Below, one piece after another: positions 37,444 to 47,583 of a stretch of 64,000 bases of DNA. This DNA comes from an uncultured Candidatus Saccharibacteria bacterium (lineage in GTDB: Bacteria; Patescibacteriota; Minisyncoccia; Phycocordibacterales; UBA918), in the NCBI GenBank assembly GCA_964469295.1, contig CAYXYJ010000005.1:16086-80085 (forward strand), written 5' to 3'. Each line of letters opens with the position of its first letter. The first letter of the stretch is position 1. The position numbers and the translations under genes were made by a program. The notes under the pieces were generated by a model. That model was not told the origin of the DNA. It saw only the letters and a program-made list of their open reading frames with translations, and ran no database searches.

Positions 37444-39138
37444 TTACTTTCCTGCGCGTTCTTGAATCTTCTTTCGAGATAATTGTTGCGCAGCGTTCAT
37501 CGAGTGTTGATAATAAAGCGATTTGATGCCAAGTTTCCAAGCTTTGATGTAGAGCTGGTTGATTTCCTTTACTGGAATATCCGGCGGCACCATAATATTG
37601 AGAGATTGACCTTGATCGATATATACCTGCCGATCAGCCGCTTGTTCAATAATCGCGTTTTGGTCGATTTCCGCAAAGGTGCGGAAAGTAGCTTTTTCTT
37701 CATCGGATAAGAAATCAATATGTTGCACTGATCCATCATTATCACGAATGCTGTCCCAGACTTCTTTTTTATCTTGGCCTTTGGCAATCATCAGTTCAAC
37801 TAGGAAAGGATTTTTGAGTGTCGTTTTCATCTTTTGCACGTCTTTGGTGTAGCAGTTACTCCACACTGGTTCGATACCTTGGGATACTTGTCCCAAAATA
37901 AAAGCTGACGATGTTGTTGGGGCAATCGACAAGAGTGTCGTATTGCGCCGACCATACCCCTTTAATACTTCTGGTTCACCTAATTCGGTCGCTAATTGTT
38001 TGGTAGAGATATCAGCTTTGGTACGAATGGTGGCAAACATTTCTTTGTTAATGGCACGTGCTTTTTCGCTTTCAAAGGGAATCAAATTAGCCTGCAAGTA
38101 CGAATGATAACCGAGGACTCCTAACCCAAGCGCCCGATTCGCCTTGGCAAAATTATACGCCCGTTCCAAAAAAGTGAATCCTAACCGTTTATCAGCATCG
38201 GTATGATCGCGTAAAGCTTCCAATTTCAAAATAAACTCCTCCATCACCGCGTCGAGAAAAGCAATCATCGTTTCAATCAGGTCGGTATCTTTCCATGCCT
38301 CATAATGAAGGAGATTGATTGAAGATAAGCAACAGACAAATGACCATTCCGGACTACTTGGCAACATGATTTCGGTACACATGTTACTGGCGTAGATACG
38401 CAAATCTTTGTCTTTATAAACATCAACGGTGTTGTTGTTGGCATTGTCGGTATACAAAATATATGGATATCCCATTTGTCCCCGACGCTGAATAACCTTA
38501 GCCCAGACGGCTCGCTTTGCCTCGTCCCCCTCAATCATGTCATTCATCCATCGGTCACCGACGGTCACACCGTGAGTAAGTTTTTGAATCGGATTGCCTT
38601 CCATGCCGATTTCTAGAAATTCATTGATGTCAGCATGTTCTACCGGCAGGTATGGAGAAACGTGCCCGCGACGGATATGTCCTTGACTCACGACATCAAC
38701 CAACGTTTCAAACAGTTGCATAAAGTGTACAGCGCCCGAAGATGAACCATTGTCGGTAATATCACTGCCCCGGGGACGAAGCGCACCAAAGTATCCCGAG
38801 CACCCGCCACCAAGTTTGGACATCATGCCCATTTCCGCTTCGGTGAACAAAATGCTCGCCATACTATCATCGAGATATGAACCAAAACAACTAATCGGCA
38901 ATCCCCGTTCCGCACCAAAATTTGCCCACACTGGAGACGCCAAAGAAATCCACCCCTTACTCATATATTCCACAAACTTCTTGGCAAATCCCTCACGACC
39001 GAGCAACGTCTCGGCTCGATTGGCGATAATATCAATGCGTTCTTCGGCAGTTTGTCCCGGCAATAAATACCCTCGCTCTAAAAAGAGTTTACTGTTTTCG
39101 TTAAGCCAATACCATGGGGTTTGATAGTTTGTATTCAT
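37444..39138 (-). CDS. nrdA: Ribonucleoside-diphosphate reductase alpha subunit (class I), lacking an N-terminal ATP-cone
   Basis: SNMCTEIMLPSS (the class I NCxE-type active site), CCLSSINL, and a C-terminal YY tail. 564 aa. Confidence 0.85.
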   Translation of the reverse strand: MNTNYQTPWYWLNENSKLFLERGYLLPGQTAEERIDIIANRAETLLGREGFAKKFVEYMSKGWISLASPVWANFGAERGLPISCFGSYLDDSMASILFTEAEMGMMSKLGGGCSGYFGALRPRGSDITDNGSSSGAVHFMQLFETLVDVVSQGHIRRGHVSPYLPVEHADINEFLEIGMEGNPIQKLTHGVTVGDRWMNDMIEGDEAKRAVWAKVIQRRGQMGYPYILYTDNANNNTVDVYKDKDLRIYASNMCTEIMLPSSPEWSFVCCLSSINLLHYEAWKDTDLIETMIAFLDAVMEEFILKLEALRDHTDADKRLGFTFLERAYNFAKANRALGLGVLGYHSYLQANLIPFESEKARAINKEMFATIRTKADISTKQLATELGEPEVLKGYGRRNTTLLSIAPTTSSAFILGQVSQGIEPVWSNCYTKDVQKMKTTLKNPFLVELMIAKGQDKKEVWDSIRDNDGSVQHIDFLSDEEKATFRTFAEIDQNAIIEQAADRQVYIDQGQSLNIMVPPDIPVKEINQLYIKAWKLGIKSLYYQHSMNAAQQLSRKKIQERAGK

Positions 39139-39173
39139 GCGTTATTACTCGATTAGGATATGCGACCAGACGG

Positions 39174-40487
39174 TTAAAATAGATCAGCGCTCGTGACACT
39201 CTGACTGCGTTTGTTGTAATTGATTGATCGTTTGTTAAAGAAATCCGTATGCTTGGTGGCAATGACTTCGTTATCAAACCAATCAGTTTCTTCAAGCACA
39301 GCTTCATTGATTTCGAAATGTCGTGGCAATCCAATAGCGGCCAAAGAATTATTAAATCGATGTTTAATAAACTCCTTCACATTGGTTGATGGTAAAAAAT
39401 CCAACTCGCCAGCTTCATAAATCCAGTCCACCACTCGACTTTCAGCAGCCAGCGCCTCTTCACAGGATTTGATAATCTTCGCTTTCATATCATCATCAAA
39501 CCATTCTGGATGCTCATCTTTGATAATGTTAATGATTTCAATACCAAACAATCCGTGAATTTGCTCCTCTTTACTAGTTGCTTCAACCGCATTACTAATA
39601 CCCTTAAATAGATCGCGATGCTTGTTAAACGACATCATGATGAGGAATTGCGAGAACAGCGACACGTGTTCAATAAAGAGCGAGAATAGCAACACTGCGT
39701 GGGCATATTGTTTGTTTTCGTCCGTTCGAGACAATGCTAACATTTTATCCAAATAGGTCACTCGTTCTTTCAAAATCGGAATGGTGTCAATACGTTTAAA
39801 CTCATCATTTAATCCCAAAATCTCCAGTAAATGAGCATAGGCGTCGGCATGTCGCACTTCTGATTCAGCAAACGTCGCTCCTACTGCACCAATTTCTGGT
39901 TTTGGCATTTTTTTGTAGATGTCGCCCCAGAACGTTTTTACCGCGACTTCGATTTGGGCGATGGCAAGCATCGCGTTTTTGATGGCGTTTCGTTCACGAT
40001 CGTTCACATTCACATGAAAATCTTGCACGTCACTTGTGAATTTGAATTCGGTATGAATCCAATATGAATGACGAATGGCATCAACGTATTCAATTAATTC
40101 TGGATATTCATATGGCTTGAGGTTGGTTCGCTTGCGGAAAATATCACGTTCTCGTAATTTTTTTCGTTCATTACGATAAATGATATAGGCTTTGGCAGTT
40201 TCAAAATAATCAAGCTCCATCAGCGACGCTTCCACTAGATCTTGAATTTCTTCCACAGTTGGATAGCCATCAACGCATTTGTTGGCTTTCGGATCATCCG
40301 TCTCGGCAGTGCCCGCTTGCACACACATCGAAATCACCTTTTGGTGTACCAAATCGGCTACCTTTTTCGCGTCAGCGGCTTCTCCAGCCTTGGTCTCGAT
40401 CAGAGCCATAAGGACAGCGTGTTCGATTTTGGCAATATCAAATGGTTTAATTGAACCATCACGCTTCTTTATATGCTTAATTTCCAT
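39174..40487 (-). CDS. nrdB: Ribonucleoside-diphosphate reductase beta subunit with an N-terminal ATP-cone domain
   Basis: The N-terminus, IKKRDGSIKPFDIAKIEHAVLMAL...EEIQDLVEASL...AKAYIIYR, is ATP-cone-like. A ferritin-like di-iron R2 core follows (ESEVRHADAYAH, EEQIHGLFG). The start is taken at MEIKH. Confidence 0.8.
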   Translation of the reverse strand: MEIKHIKKRDGSIKPFDIAKIEHAVLMALIETKAGEAADAKKVADLVHQKVISMCVQAGTAETDDPKANKCVDGYPTVEEIQDLVEASLMELDYFETAKAYIIYRNERKKLRERDIFRKRTNLKPYEYPELIEYVDAIRHSYWIHTEFKFTSDVQDFHVNVNDRERNAIKNAMLAIAQIEVAVKTFWGDIYKKMPKPEIGAVGATFAESEVRHADAYAHLLEILGLNDEFKRIDTIPILKERVTYLDKMLALSRTDENKQYAHAVLLFSLFIEHVSLFSQFLIMMSFNKHRDLFKGISNAVEATSKEEQIHGLFGIEIINIIKDEHPEWFDDDMKAKIIKSCEEALAAESRVVDWIYEAGELDFLPSTNVKEFIKHRFNNSLAAIGLPRHFEINEAVLEETDWFDNEVIATKHTDFFNKRSINYNKRSQSVTSADLF

Positions 40488-40645
40488 AACACAACAAGGA
40501 CAGCTAATAAAAACAAACCGTATATTCTCATCCAAACACAATCTGTGGTGGTACTGGAATCATCACGGCTAATGATTAGTCCAGTCGATCGGGTCTGCTA
40601 AAGAATACCAGAGTGGAAGTAAAGACACGCCAGTTTATACTGACG

Positions 40646-40662
40646 ACAAACACTGTTTGTGC
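40646..40662. promoter_or_regulatory. Perfect 8-bp inverted repeat CACAAACA-c-TGTTTGTG in the nrdB leader (candidate operator, NrdR-box-like ACA...TGT)
   Basis: Palindrome seen directly in the 360-nt intergenic region upstream of the nrdBA operon. Confidence 0.3.
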
Positions 40663-40862
40663 ATGTCCTCGCGTGTCTTACCTCCGGACACGCACGATGT
40701 GGAGACGCGTCGTGCGGTACCACTATACTACCGCCAAATTGAATAGAGGTAAAACAACCATTGTCGCAAACGATGGCTTGAAATCGTTAGGTCGTGGGGA
40801 CAACTCGTGGATAACCACTATTCCTCCATAATAGGAATAAATTTGGCTCTATCGTCAAGAGA

Positions 40863-40906
40863 GCAGAAACAGCAGCAGCGCGCCTACGGCGCGCTGCTGC
40901 TGTTTC
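40863..40906. terminator. 44-nt perfect hairpin terminator downstream of mscL
   Basis: agaaacagcagcagcgcgcctacggcgcgctgctgctgtttct. Confidence 0.65.
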
Positions 40907-40922
40907 TTTCCCCCCGATTTAT

Positions 40923-41321
40923 TTAATTATGATGGGAATGCTGATGACGGAGTGAATCGCGAATCTCCGTCAATAGTTTTACTTCGGCAGATGGTTCCTT
41001 TGGGGCCGCCGGTTTTTCTTCCTCCTTCTTTTGCAATTTTGCCATCGCTTTAACCACCATAAAAATCACAAACGCGACAATAATAAAATCAAAGACACTT
41101 TGAATAAATCGACCATAAGAAATCGTCGCTTCGCCGATTTTCAATGACCAATCAGTAAAATCAACGCCACCAACAAGCACGCCAATCACCGGCATCATAA
41201 TGTTATCAACCAATGATGAAACGATTTTACCAAACGCGGCACCAATGACAACGGCCACCGCTAAATCAACCACATTCCCCCGCATCGCAAAGGCTTTAAA
41301 TTCCTCAATAAACTCTTTCAT
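40923..41321 (-). CDS. mscL: Large-conductance mechanosensitive channel
   Basis: [28 protein letters not shown]...NFIIVAF MscL signature. 132 aa. Confidence 0.9.
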   Translation of the reverse strand: MKEFIEEFKAFAMRGNVVDLAVAVVIGAAFGKIVSSLVDNIMMPVIGVLVGGVDFTDWSLKIGEATISYGRFIQSVFDFIIVAFVIFMVVKAMAKLQKKEEEKPAAPKEPSAEVKLLTEIRDSLRHQHSHHN

Positions 41322-41394
41322 ATGCTACGTTTATTATTCCTCCTTCGCTATTAAATTATTTCACTATACTAATCATACACGATAATGAAATAGT

Positions 41395-42525
41395 CTAGTG
41401 ATGATGGTGTTGATGGGACAATTGATATCCGTGTGTGTCAAATTTGCGACGAGACACTACGTACGCAGCGAGAAGCGACGTTAACGGGACCGTCAGTACC
41501 AACCCAATACTACCCACCATAATTCGTACTAACTCCACAGCAATGACTTCTTGATTAATTGATAACCAAAAATCCGCGTCCGACCGTGCGTACAACAAAA
41601 TCAACGGCAGCGCGGCACCAACATACGCGAGCGCCAACGTATTTACTAATGATCCCACATGATCACGACCAACCCGCACCGAACGAATGTACAATTCTTT
41701 CCACGATAGCAAAGTGTTGGCTTGTCGCAACTCCATCACCACCGACGCCTGGGTGATTGCGACATCATCAAGCACTCCTAACAATCCGATGATAATACTC
41801 CCAAGCAATAGACCAGCCAAATCTAACTGTCCGCTTGTCGCAAAATTAAGGTATACCGACGCATCAGCAGAAAATCCAGTCAATCCCATCCAAACAACAG
41901 ACAACGCTGCAATCACACATGACACCGCTACGGCCGCCATCGTTCCAGCGTACGCGATGGCAACGTACCATTTAAATCCGTGTGTCACAAACAACGTTAC
42001 CGCTAAAATAATGCTCGCAATGACAAAACTCACGAGGGCCGGATCATAACCGGCCAAAAGTGCCGGCACAAGCAAAAATAAAATAGCGAGAATGCTTCCG
42101 CCTAATGCGATTAGGGCCCGCAATCCTTGCCACCCGGCAAAGCCAATTACTGATCCAATTAATATCACCGCCAGCCACAATAACTGTGGTCGACGTTCAA
42201 TATCTTTAAACGTAAAATATTCCGTCCCATCAATCGCCACCAATCGATTCACAAATATCGTATCGCCGACATCAAGGACCAGCAAATCGTTTTCTAATGA
42301 TGCTATTGTACCAGTCTTTTCGCCGGCCAATAACTCTATTCGTAACTCTTGTACCGTTGTCGTCGTGTTAGTGCCTAGGATATCTCGATCATATTGTTTA
42401 ACAACTTCGAGTACTTTTGCTTTTACGGTTTCCTGCAATTCTTGATGGACTTCAATCTCAGCTATAGCCCATACGGGGAACATCACACTCACAATGAGTG
42501 TTAAACAAAATAGTACCGTTCTCAT
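41395..42525 (-). CDS. YibE/F-family polytopic membrane protein
   Basis: Many TM helices and a C-terminal His-rich tail. The start is taken at MRTVLFCL. Confidence 0.55.
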   Translation of the reverse strand: MRTVLFCLTLIVSVMFPVWAIAEIEVHQELQETVKAKVLEVVKQYDRDILGTNTTTTVQELRIELLAGEKTGTIASLENDLLVLDVGDTIFVNRLVAIDGTEYFTFKDIERRPQLLWLAVILIGSVIGFAGWQGLRALIALGGSILAILFLLVPALLAGYDPALVSFVIASIILAVTLFVTHGFKWYVAIAYAGTMAAVAVSCVIAALSVVWMGLTGFSADASVYLNFATSGQLDLAGLLLGSIIIGLLGVLDDVAITQASVVMELRQANTLLSWKELYIRSVRVGRDHVGSLVNTLALAYVGAALPLILLYARSDADFWLSINQEVIAVELVRIMVGSIGLVLTVPLTSLLAAYVVSRRKFDTHGYQLSHQHHHH

Positions 42526-42696
42526 ATACCGAGCACCAATTTGGTTGCGTAGAAGCCAATACCGGCTCCAATCATAAAGAGAAAAAAGATTCCTATTAAC
42601 AACGTTTCTTGATCCATAGTACATTCAGTATACAAGCATACGGGAGAAAAACCAGATATGTATTGGGGCACTCGACTTTTTTCGAAAAAATGGGTA

Positions 42697-42762
42697 TAAC
42701 TGTGGGCACGGATTTGTCGTATCGGGGGGCTTACGCCCCCCGATACGACAAATCCGTGCCCA
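42697..42762. repeat. Very long (about 30-bp) perfect hairpin immediately upstream of tRNA-His
   Basis: tgtgggcacggatttgtcgtatcggggggc-ttac-gccccccgatacgacaaatccgtgcccaca, seen directly in the sequence. Confidence 0.8.
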
Positions 42763-42766
42763 CACT

Positions 42767-42839
42767 GGCGGCTATGGTGTAACGGTTAACACTGAGGTTT
42801 GTGGAGCCTTCGATTCGGGTTCGATTCCCGATAGCCGCC
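42767..42839 (+). tRNA. tRNA-His (GTG) with an encoded G-1
   Basis: Acceptor gcggcta/tagccgc with an extra 5' G pairing to discriminator C. D-arm gtgt/acac. Anticodon stem gaggt/gcctt (two G-U pairs), loop ttGTGga. T-arm tcggg-ttcgatt-cccga. No encoded CCA. Confidence 0.8.
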
Positions 42840-42964
42840 CTAGATAGAATTTCACCAAAAAATCCTTTTGTAGAGGGGTTTTTGGTTCGAGCCGAAGAGA
42901 CGCCAAATCAGATTGTGTTAGCGGTTCTTAATTTTTCATTCGAAAATACTTGCACTGTCCCGCC

Positions 42965-43381
42965 CTACAAATACTTCTCTAAATCTTTACGTTCTTGAGG
43001 GAACATATAAGCATCAAGCTGATTTGTTTCGACGTAGAGCAGCCGGTCGTACCGCTTGTCGGCCTTGAGGTCGCTGACAGTTTTGGCGGTATAAACAGCC
43101 TCAAAAATTTGCGTGGTATTGTCCTTTGCAATGTATTGCCGGAGGTCGCGCATTGAAATCTCTGCTACTGACTGCCCGAGATACGCTTCAAGCGTGTCCT
43201 GCAGCACTGTTACAGGGTCTTCACCAAAAGCAACCGTGAAGCTTGGTACGTAAAAGTATCCACCGCGTGGTTGATGCTCTGGGTCAACCACCTGACTGCG
43301 GCGTAGAAGAAGAACCTTATCGTTGTGGCGAACGATACACGTCACTTTTATCTTTTGTGATTTGGTGAGGAACGGTTCCAT
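42965..43381 (-). CDS. NUDIX-like hypothetical protein (degenerate Nudix box)
   Basis: GGYFYVPSFTVAFGEDPVTVLQDTLEAYLGQ resembles Gx5Ex7REUxEExGU, with several substitutions. 138 aa. Confidence 0.4.
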   Translation of the reverse strand: MEPFLTKSQKIKVTCIVRHNDKVLLLRRSQVVDPEHQPRGGYFYVPSFTVAFGEDPVTVLQDTLEAYLGQSVAEISMRDLRQYIAKDNTTQIFEAVYTAKTVSDLKADKRYDRLLYVETNQLDAYMFPQERKDLEKYL

Positions 43382-43386
43382 ACTTT

Positions 43387-45960
43387 TTACGAGCTAACTA
43401 CAAACGCATTGTTCTTGAAATCGACAGTTACCGTACTGTGCTCGACAATGTTTCCAGCAATAATTTCTTCCGCTAAGAGATCAAAGATGCGGGTTTGAAT
43501 CACGCGTTTTAGTGGTCGTACTCCGTAGGCGGGTTCAAAACCTTCTTTGACCAATTGAGCTTTCGCCGCCTCGCTGAGTTTCACTGTGATATCTTTTTCT
43601 TCTTTAATCAGAGACAGCATGGCTGCGATCTGTACGTCAACGATCTCCGACAGCATCTGTTCATCAATAGGGTCAAAGAGCACAATGTCATCCAAACGGT
43701 TAAGAAACTCCGGACGAAAATGCTTCTGTACCACCGCCATTACTTTTTCCTTACGCTCCTTCACATCAGGAATGTCGAGCATAAACTCACTGCCTAAGTT
43801 CGAGGTGAGAATGATGATGGTATTACTGAAATCGATCGTTCTACCCTGACTGTCAGTCAAGCGTCCATCATCAAGCACTTGCAAGAGAATGTTAAAGAAA
43901 TCCGAATGGGCCTTTTCGACTTCATCAAACAAAATGACTGAATATGGCCGGCGACGAACGGGCTCCGTGAGCTGACCACCCTCTTCGTACCCAACGTAAC
44001 CCGGCGGCGCTCCCACTAACCGACTGATTGCAAACCGCTCCATGTATTCACTCATGTCGATGCGGATCATGGCTTTTTCATCATCAAACATTTCCACTGC
44101 CAACGCTTTGGCTAGCTCGGTTTTCCCTACCCCAGTCGGTCCCAGAAAGAGAAACGAACCGATCGGTCGGTTGCTCGCCTTGAGTCCCGCTCGAGACCGA
44201 CGAATCGCCCGCGCTACGGTATTGACGGCTTCATCTTGCCCGATCACTCGCCGATGCAGCTCGTCTTCCAGGTGAAGTAGCCGCTGTGCTTCTGTCTCAA
44301 GCAGTCGATTCACTGGCACACCCGTCCAACGCGCTACCACCTGGGCCACGTCTTCTTCGGTCACCTCTTCTTTTATCAAGCGATCGGCAGCGGGAATGGC
44401 ATCAAGTTTCTTGCGGGCCTCTGCCATCTCAGCTTCCACGTCCGGAATTTCCTGGTATTTAATTTGTGCAGTTCTTTCAAGGTCACCCTGCCGTTCGGTT
44501 CGTTCTTCCTCTATTTTAAGGGCATCAATTTTCTTTGCGAGGGCACTGATCTTGTGAACCAGCTCACGTTCCTGTTCCCACCGGGATTTTTGCGCAGCAA
44601 AGTCTTCTTTCAACGAAGCAAGTTTTTGTTCGATCTCTTTCCGACGTGCTTTGCTTTGCGCATCTTTCTCTCGCTTCAGCGCCTGAAGTTCAATCTCCAA
44701 TTGCGTGATCTGACGGTTAAGCCGATCTAACTCAGTCGGCATGCTTTCCATTTGCATCTTAATGGCCGCTGTGGCCTCATCGATCAGGTCGATGGCTTTA
44801 TCAGGCGCCTTCCGTCCACTGATATACCGGCTTGATAAGCGGACCGCTGCCACCAAAGCGGGGTCAGTAATTTCTACCCCGTGGTGAATCTCGTACTTTT
44901 CTTTGAGGCCACGCAAGATAGCGAGGGTCGCTTCTGCGTCCGGCTCATCTACGTACACTGGTTGAAAACGTCGCTCCAATGCGGCGTCTTTCTCAACGTG
45001 TTGCCGATACTCATTTAACGTTGTCGCTCCAATGAGGCGTAATTTGCCTCGAGCCAGAAGTGGCTTCAGCATGTTCCCGGCGTCAACGGCACCCTCACCA
45101 CCACCAGCCCCCACAAGAGTATGCAGTTCGTCGATAAACAAAATAATTTTGCCCTCTTCTTTCTCAACGGCCTTCAGGACTTCCTTCAGTCGCTCTTCAA
45201 ATTCACCACGGAATTTTGCCCCCGCCAGCAATGCCCCAATTTCTAAACCAAGCAACCGTTTACCCTTGAGGGACTCTGGCACGTCACCAGCGACAATTCG
45301 CTGCGCCAAACCTTCCACAATGGCAGTTTTGCCGACGCCTGGTTCGCCAAGTAACACCGGGTTGTTTTTAGTGCGCCGCGAGAGCACCTGCATTACTCGA
45401 CGAATCTCTTCGTCGCGTCCGATCACCGGATCGAGTTTGCCGTCTTGGGCAAGCGCAGTGTAATCTTCACCATATTTCTCAAGCACGTTCTGTTTCGCTT
45501 CGGGGTTGGAGTCAGTAACATTCATAGGCCCGCGTAATGCTTTAATCTGGCTGGTAATATTGGTGGGCAGCAGATTGTGGTGCGTAAGAATATCTCGCGC
45601 ACTTCCTTCACTATGACCGAGTGCCAAAAGGATATGTTCAACACTTATGTATTGATCCCCCATTGCCGTTGATTCTTTTTCCGCACGTCTGAAAACACTC
45701 ACCACACCTGGTGTCAACTGCGGATTGGCAGCACTCGAAAGTTTGGGTAATTTCAGAAGTGCAACATCAATATCACGCATGAGACTATCCCCATTCACAT
45801 CCAATGCCGTGAGGAGCGGCCCCACGATCGTACCAGCAGTGGCGATAGTCACCTTCAGTACGTGAAGCGGATCAACGTACTGGTGCTTATGCTCATAAGC
45901 CTCTTGAATTGCTTCTTCAAGAATCGAGCGTGATTTTTCGGTAAGCTTTTCTATGTTCAT
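43387..45960 (-). CDS. clpB: ATP-dependent chaperone ClpB
   Basis: Two AAA+ modules (GEPGVGKT..., GPTGVGKT...), a long coiled-coil middle domain, and an N-terminal Clp_N repeat. Confidence 0.95.
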   Translation of the reverse strand: MNIEKLTEKSRSILEEAIQEAYEHKHQYVDPLHVLKVTIATAGTIVGPLLTALDVNGDSLMRDIDVALLKLPKLSSAANPQLTPGVVSVFRRAEKESTAMGDQYISVEHILLALGHSEGSARDILTHHNLLPTNITSQIKALRGPMNVTDSNPEAKQNVLEKYGEDYTALAQDGKLDPVIGRDEEIRRVMQVLSRRTKNNPVLLGEPGVGKTAIVEGLAQRIVAGDVPESLKGKRLLGLEIGALLAGAKFRGEFEERLKEVLKAVEKEEGKIILFIDELHTLVGAGGGEGAVDAGNMLKPLLARGKLRLIGATTLNEYRQHVEKDAALERRFQPVYVDEPDAEATLAILRGLKEKYEIHHGVEITDPALVAAVRLSSRYISGRKAPDKAIDLIDEATAAIKMQMESMPTELDRLNRQITQLEIELQALKREKDAQSKARRKEIEQKLASLKEDFAAQKSRWEQERELVHKISALAKKIDALKIEEERTERQGDLERTAQIKYQEIPDVEAEMAEARKKLDAIPAADRLIKEEVTEEDVAQVVARWTGVPVNRLLETEAQRLLHLEDELHRRVIGQDEAVNTVARAIRRSRAGLKASNRPIGSFLFLGPTGVGKTELAKALAVEMFDDEKAMIRIDMSEYMERFAISRLVGAPPGYVGYEEGGQLTEPVRRRPYSVILFDEVEKAHSDFFNILLQVLDDGRLTDSQGRTIDFSNTIIILTSNLGSEFMLDIPDVKERKEKVMAVVQKHFRPEFLNRLDDIVLFDPIDEQMLSEIVDVQIAAMLSLIKEEKDITVKLSEAAKAQLVKEGFEPAYGVRPLKRVIQTRIFDLLAEEIIAGNIVEHSTVTVDFKNNAFVVSS

Positions 45961-46159
45961 ATATGAACATCGTACTCCTAATTTTTGCCAAAGCAAGCAG
46001 ACCGAACGTTTGAGCTTATCCGAAATTTGTAGAGCTACTGAATTTTACTAGCAACTTGAGGAATATGGATTGATGTACCATCCATTTTCTCAAACACAGT
46101 TCGAACGTCCTCTACGACGTCGCCCCTTTTAGAGCTAGCGCGAGAAGGCTAGTTCTGGC

Positions 46160-46195
46160 AAAAAAACCTCGCATGAGGTTGTTTTTGTTTTTTGG
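46160..46195. terminator. Terminator hairpin (aaaaaaacctcgcatgaggttgttttt)
   Basis: Immediately 3' of the minus-strand nuclease gene. Confidence 0.6.
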
Positions 46196-46196
46196 A

Positions 46197-46676
46197 TTAG
46201 CCTTCGAAATCGTTGAGTATCTTCAAAAACTCAGATTGGGCCTCTATAGGGATTTGAGGGTGATTAAGTTGTTTTATATCTCCCCCATTTCCTACTAACG
46301 ATTTCGCCTCTCCGAAGTAAAATCCGTCTTCGCTCGCCAAAAACAGATAAGAAGGATTCCAGTTTCGACTCATGCGTTCTGCAATATCTAAAACATGTTG
46401 TTTTGTGAATCGAGTCCGATACTTTACTTCAATCAAATGAACCTCTTTTGTCATATTATTTATCACTGCAAAATCTGGCGCAGTGCGCAAAGTTTCGACC
46501 ATTTCGCTATCACCACCTTTCCCTCTTCCAACTAACTCAGGAATAATTTTCTCATAGCCAAATTCAAGGACGGTGAAAAATCCTGTAGAACGAAGCATCT
46601 GTGCAAATACGGTTTCTGCAATTTTTCCCTTTACTAAATTTCGAGCAAAGCTGATATCATTATTATTCATTAACAA
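46197..46676 (-). CDS. PD-(D/E)xK nuclease-fold protein (Hjc/YraN-like)
   Basis: GKIAETVFAQMLRSTGF...EFGYE...PDFAVINN...VHLIEVKYR shows the E...PD...ExK arrangement seen in archaeal Hjc-type resolvases and restriction-like nucleases. 159 aa. Confidence 0.55.
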   Translation of the reverse strand: MLMNNNDISFARNLVKGKIAETVFAQMLRSTGFFTVLEFGYEKIIPELVGRGKGGDSEMVETLRTAPDFAVINNMTKEVHLIEVKYRTRFTKQHVLDIAERMSRNWNPSYLFLASEDGFYFGEAKSLVGNGGDIKQLNHPQIPIEAQSEFLKILNDFEG

Positions 46677-46783
46677 ATTATATCAGTAATCGATTAATGC
46701 ATAGCAACACTAACGCTAGTATGTAGCCAACCAAAAACGTAACTATTATCGTTTTAACAAAAATAAAATATATAGTAATTACT

Positions 46784-47041
46784 ATGTCATTCAACCACTA
46801 CGCCAAATTAAAGCGGATTCTCGAAGATGTGCCAAACGGGTGGTACATTCAAAAAATTGATCAGCCAACAAAAGCCAAGAATTTTAGTGGAACTGTAGTT
46901 TCGTTCGACCACTATTACCGTATTTATACAAAAGATGGAATCCCAATCAAGTACGCAAAATTTCAACAAATCGACCGGTTAGCAAAAGTGTTGAATCTCA
47001 GTATTAAGGAACTACCGATAAAAACGAACGCAAAACAGTAA
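46784..47041 (+). CDS. Hypothetical small protein (85 aa) in an AT-rich patch, divergent from the nuclease
   Basis: ORF only. No domain recognised. Confidence 0.3.
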   Translation: MSFNHYAKLKRILEDVPNGWYIQKIDQPTKAKNFSGTVVSFDHYYRIYTKDGIPIKYAKFQQIDRLAKVLNLSIKELPIKTNAKQ

Positions 47042-47050
47042 AAACAAGAT

Positions 47051-47509
47051 TTATACTTCTAGTGTAGCAATATCAATTTTTTTCATTTCTAACATTTTCG
47101 CCCACGCTCCAGGTTTCGTCATCATTTCGTCAATATTCTCGGGACTAATTTGCCATGATAATCCATATTTGTCTTTGCACCAGCCACACACACTTTCTGC
47201 TCCTCCGTCACTGGTTAACACATTCCAATAATAATCAATTTCAGTCTGATCTTTACACGCGATGTTAAATGATACCGCTTCGTTAAATGTAAATTCATTG
47301 CCAGTATTAATCGCCACAAATATCTGTCCTAATAATTCAAAGGAAATCGCCAATACTTTTCCAGCAAATCGCTCTTGAAAATCCAGCAGTCCGGTGGTGG
47401 GATAATACGAAGTCGAAATAATTTTAGCTTCGGGAAATATAGACAAATAAAAGGCCACTGCTTCTTCCGCATTTCCTTTACACCATAAATGCGGAATAAT
47501 TTTTTGCAT
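47051..47509 (-). CDS. VOC/glyoxalase-superfamily protein (PhnB-like)
   Basis: MQKIIPHLWCKGNAEEAVAFYLSIF... matches the PhnB/3-demethylubiquinone-9 methyltransferase-like fold of the VOC family. Confidence 0.6.
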   Translation of the reverse strand: MQKIIPHLWCKGNAEEAVAFYLSIFPEAKIISTSYYPTTGLLDFQERFAGKVLAISFELLGQIFVAINTGNEFTFNEAVSFNIACKDQTEIDYYWNVLTSDGGAESVCGWCKDKYGLSWQISPENIDEMMTKPGAWAKMLEMKKIDIATLEV

Positions 47510-47583
47510 AGAAAGATTATTGATATATCTATTAGCTAATCGCTGATAAGCAAGTTTAATTTGTTTTCTCTTTTAATACATTA

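Noticed and set aside
40613-40831. 72-aa ORF in the nrdB upstream region
   Set aside because: It lies in the GC-rich structured leader. The translation is Arg/Thr-rich with no RBS, so this is more likely a regulatory RNA or operator region.
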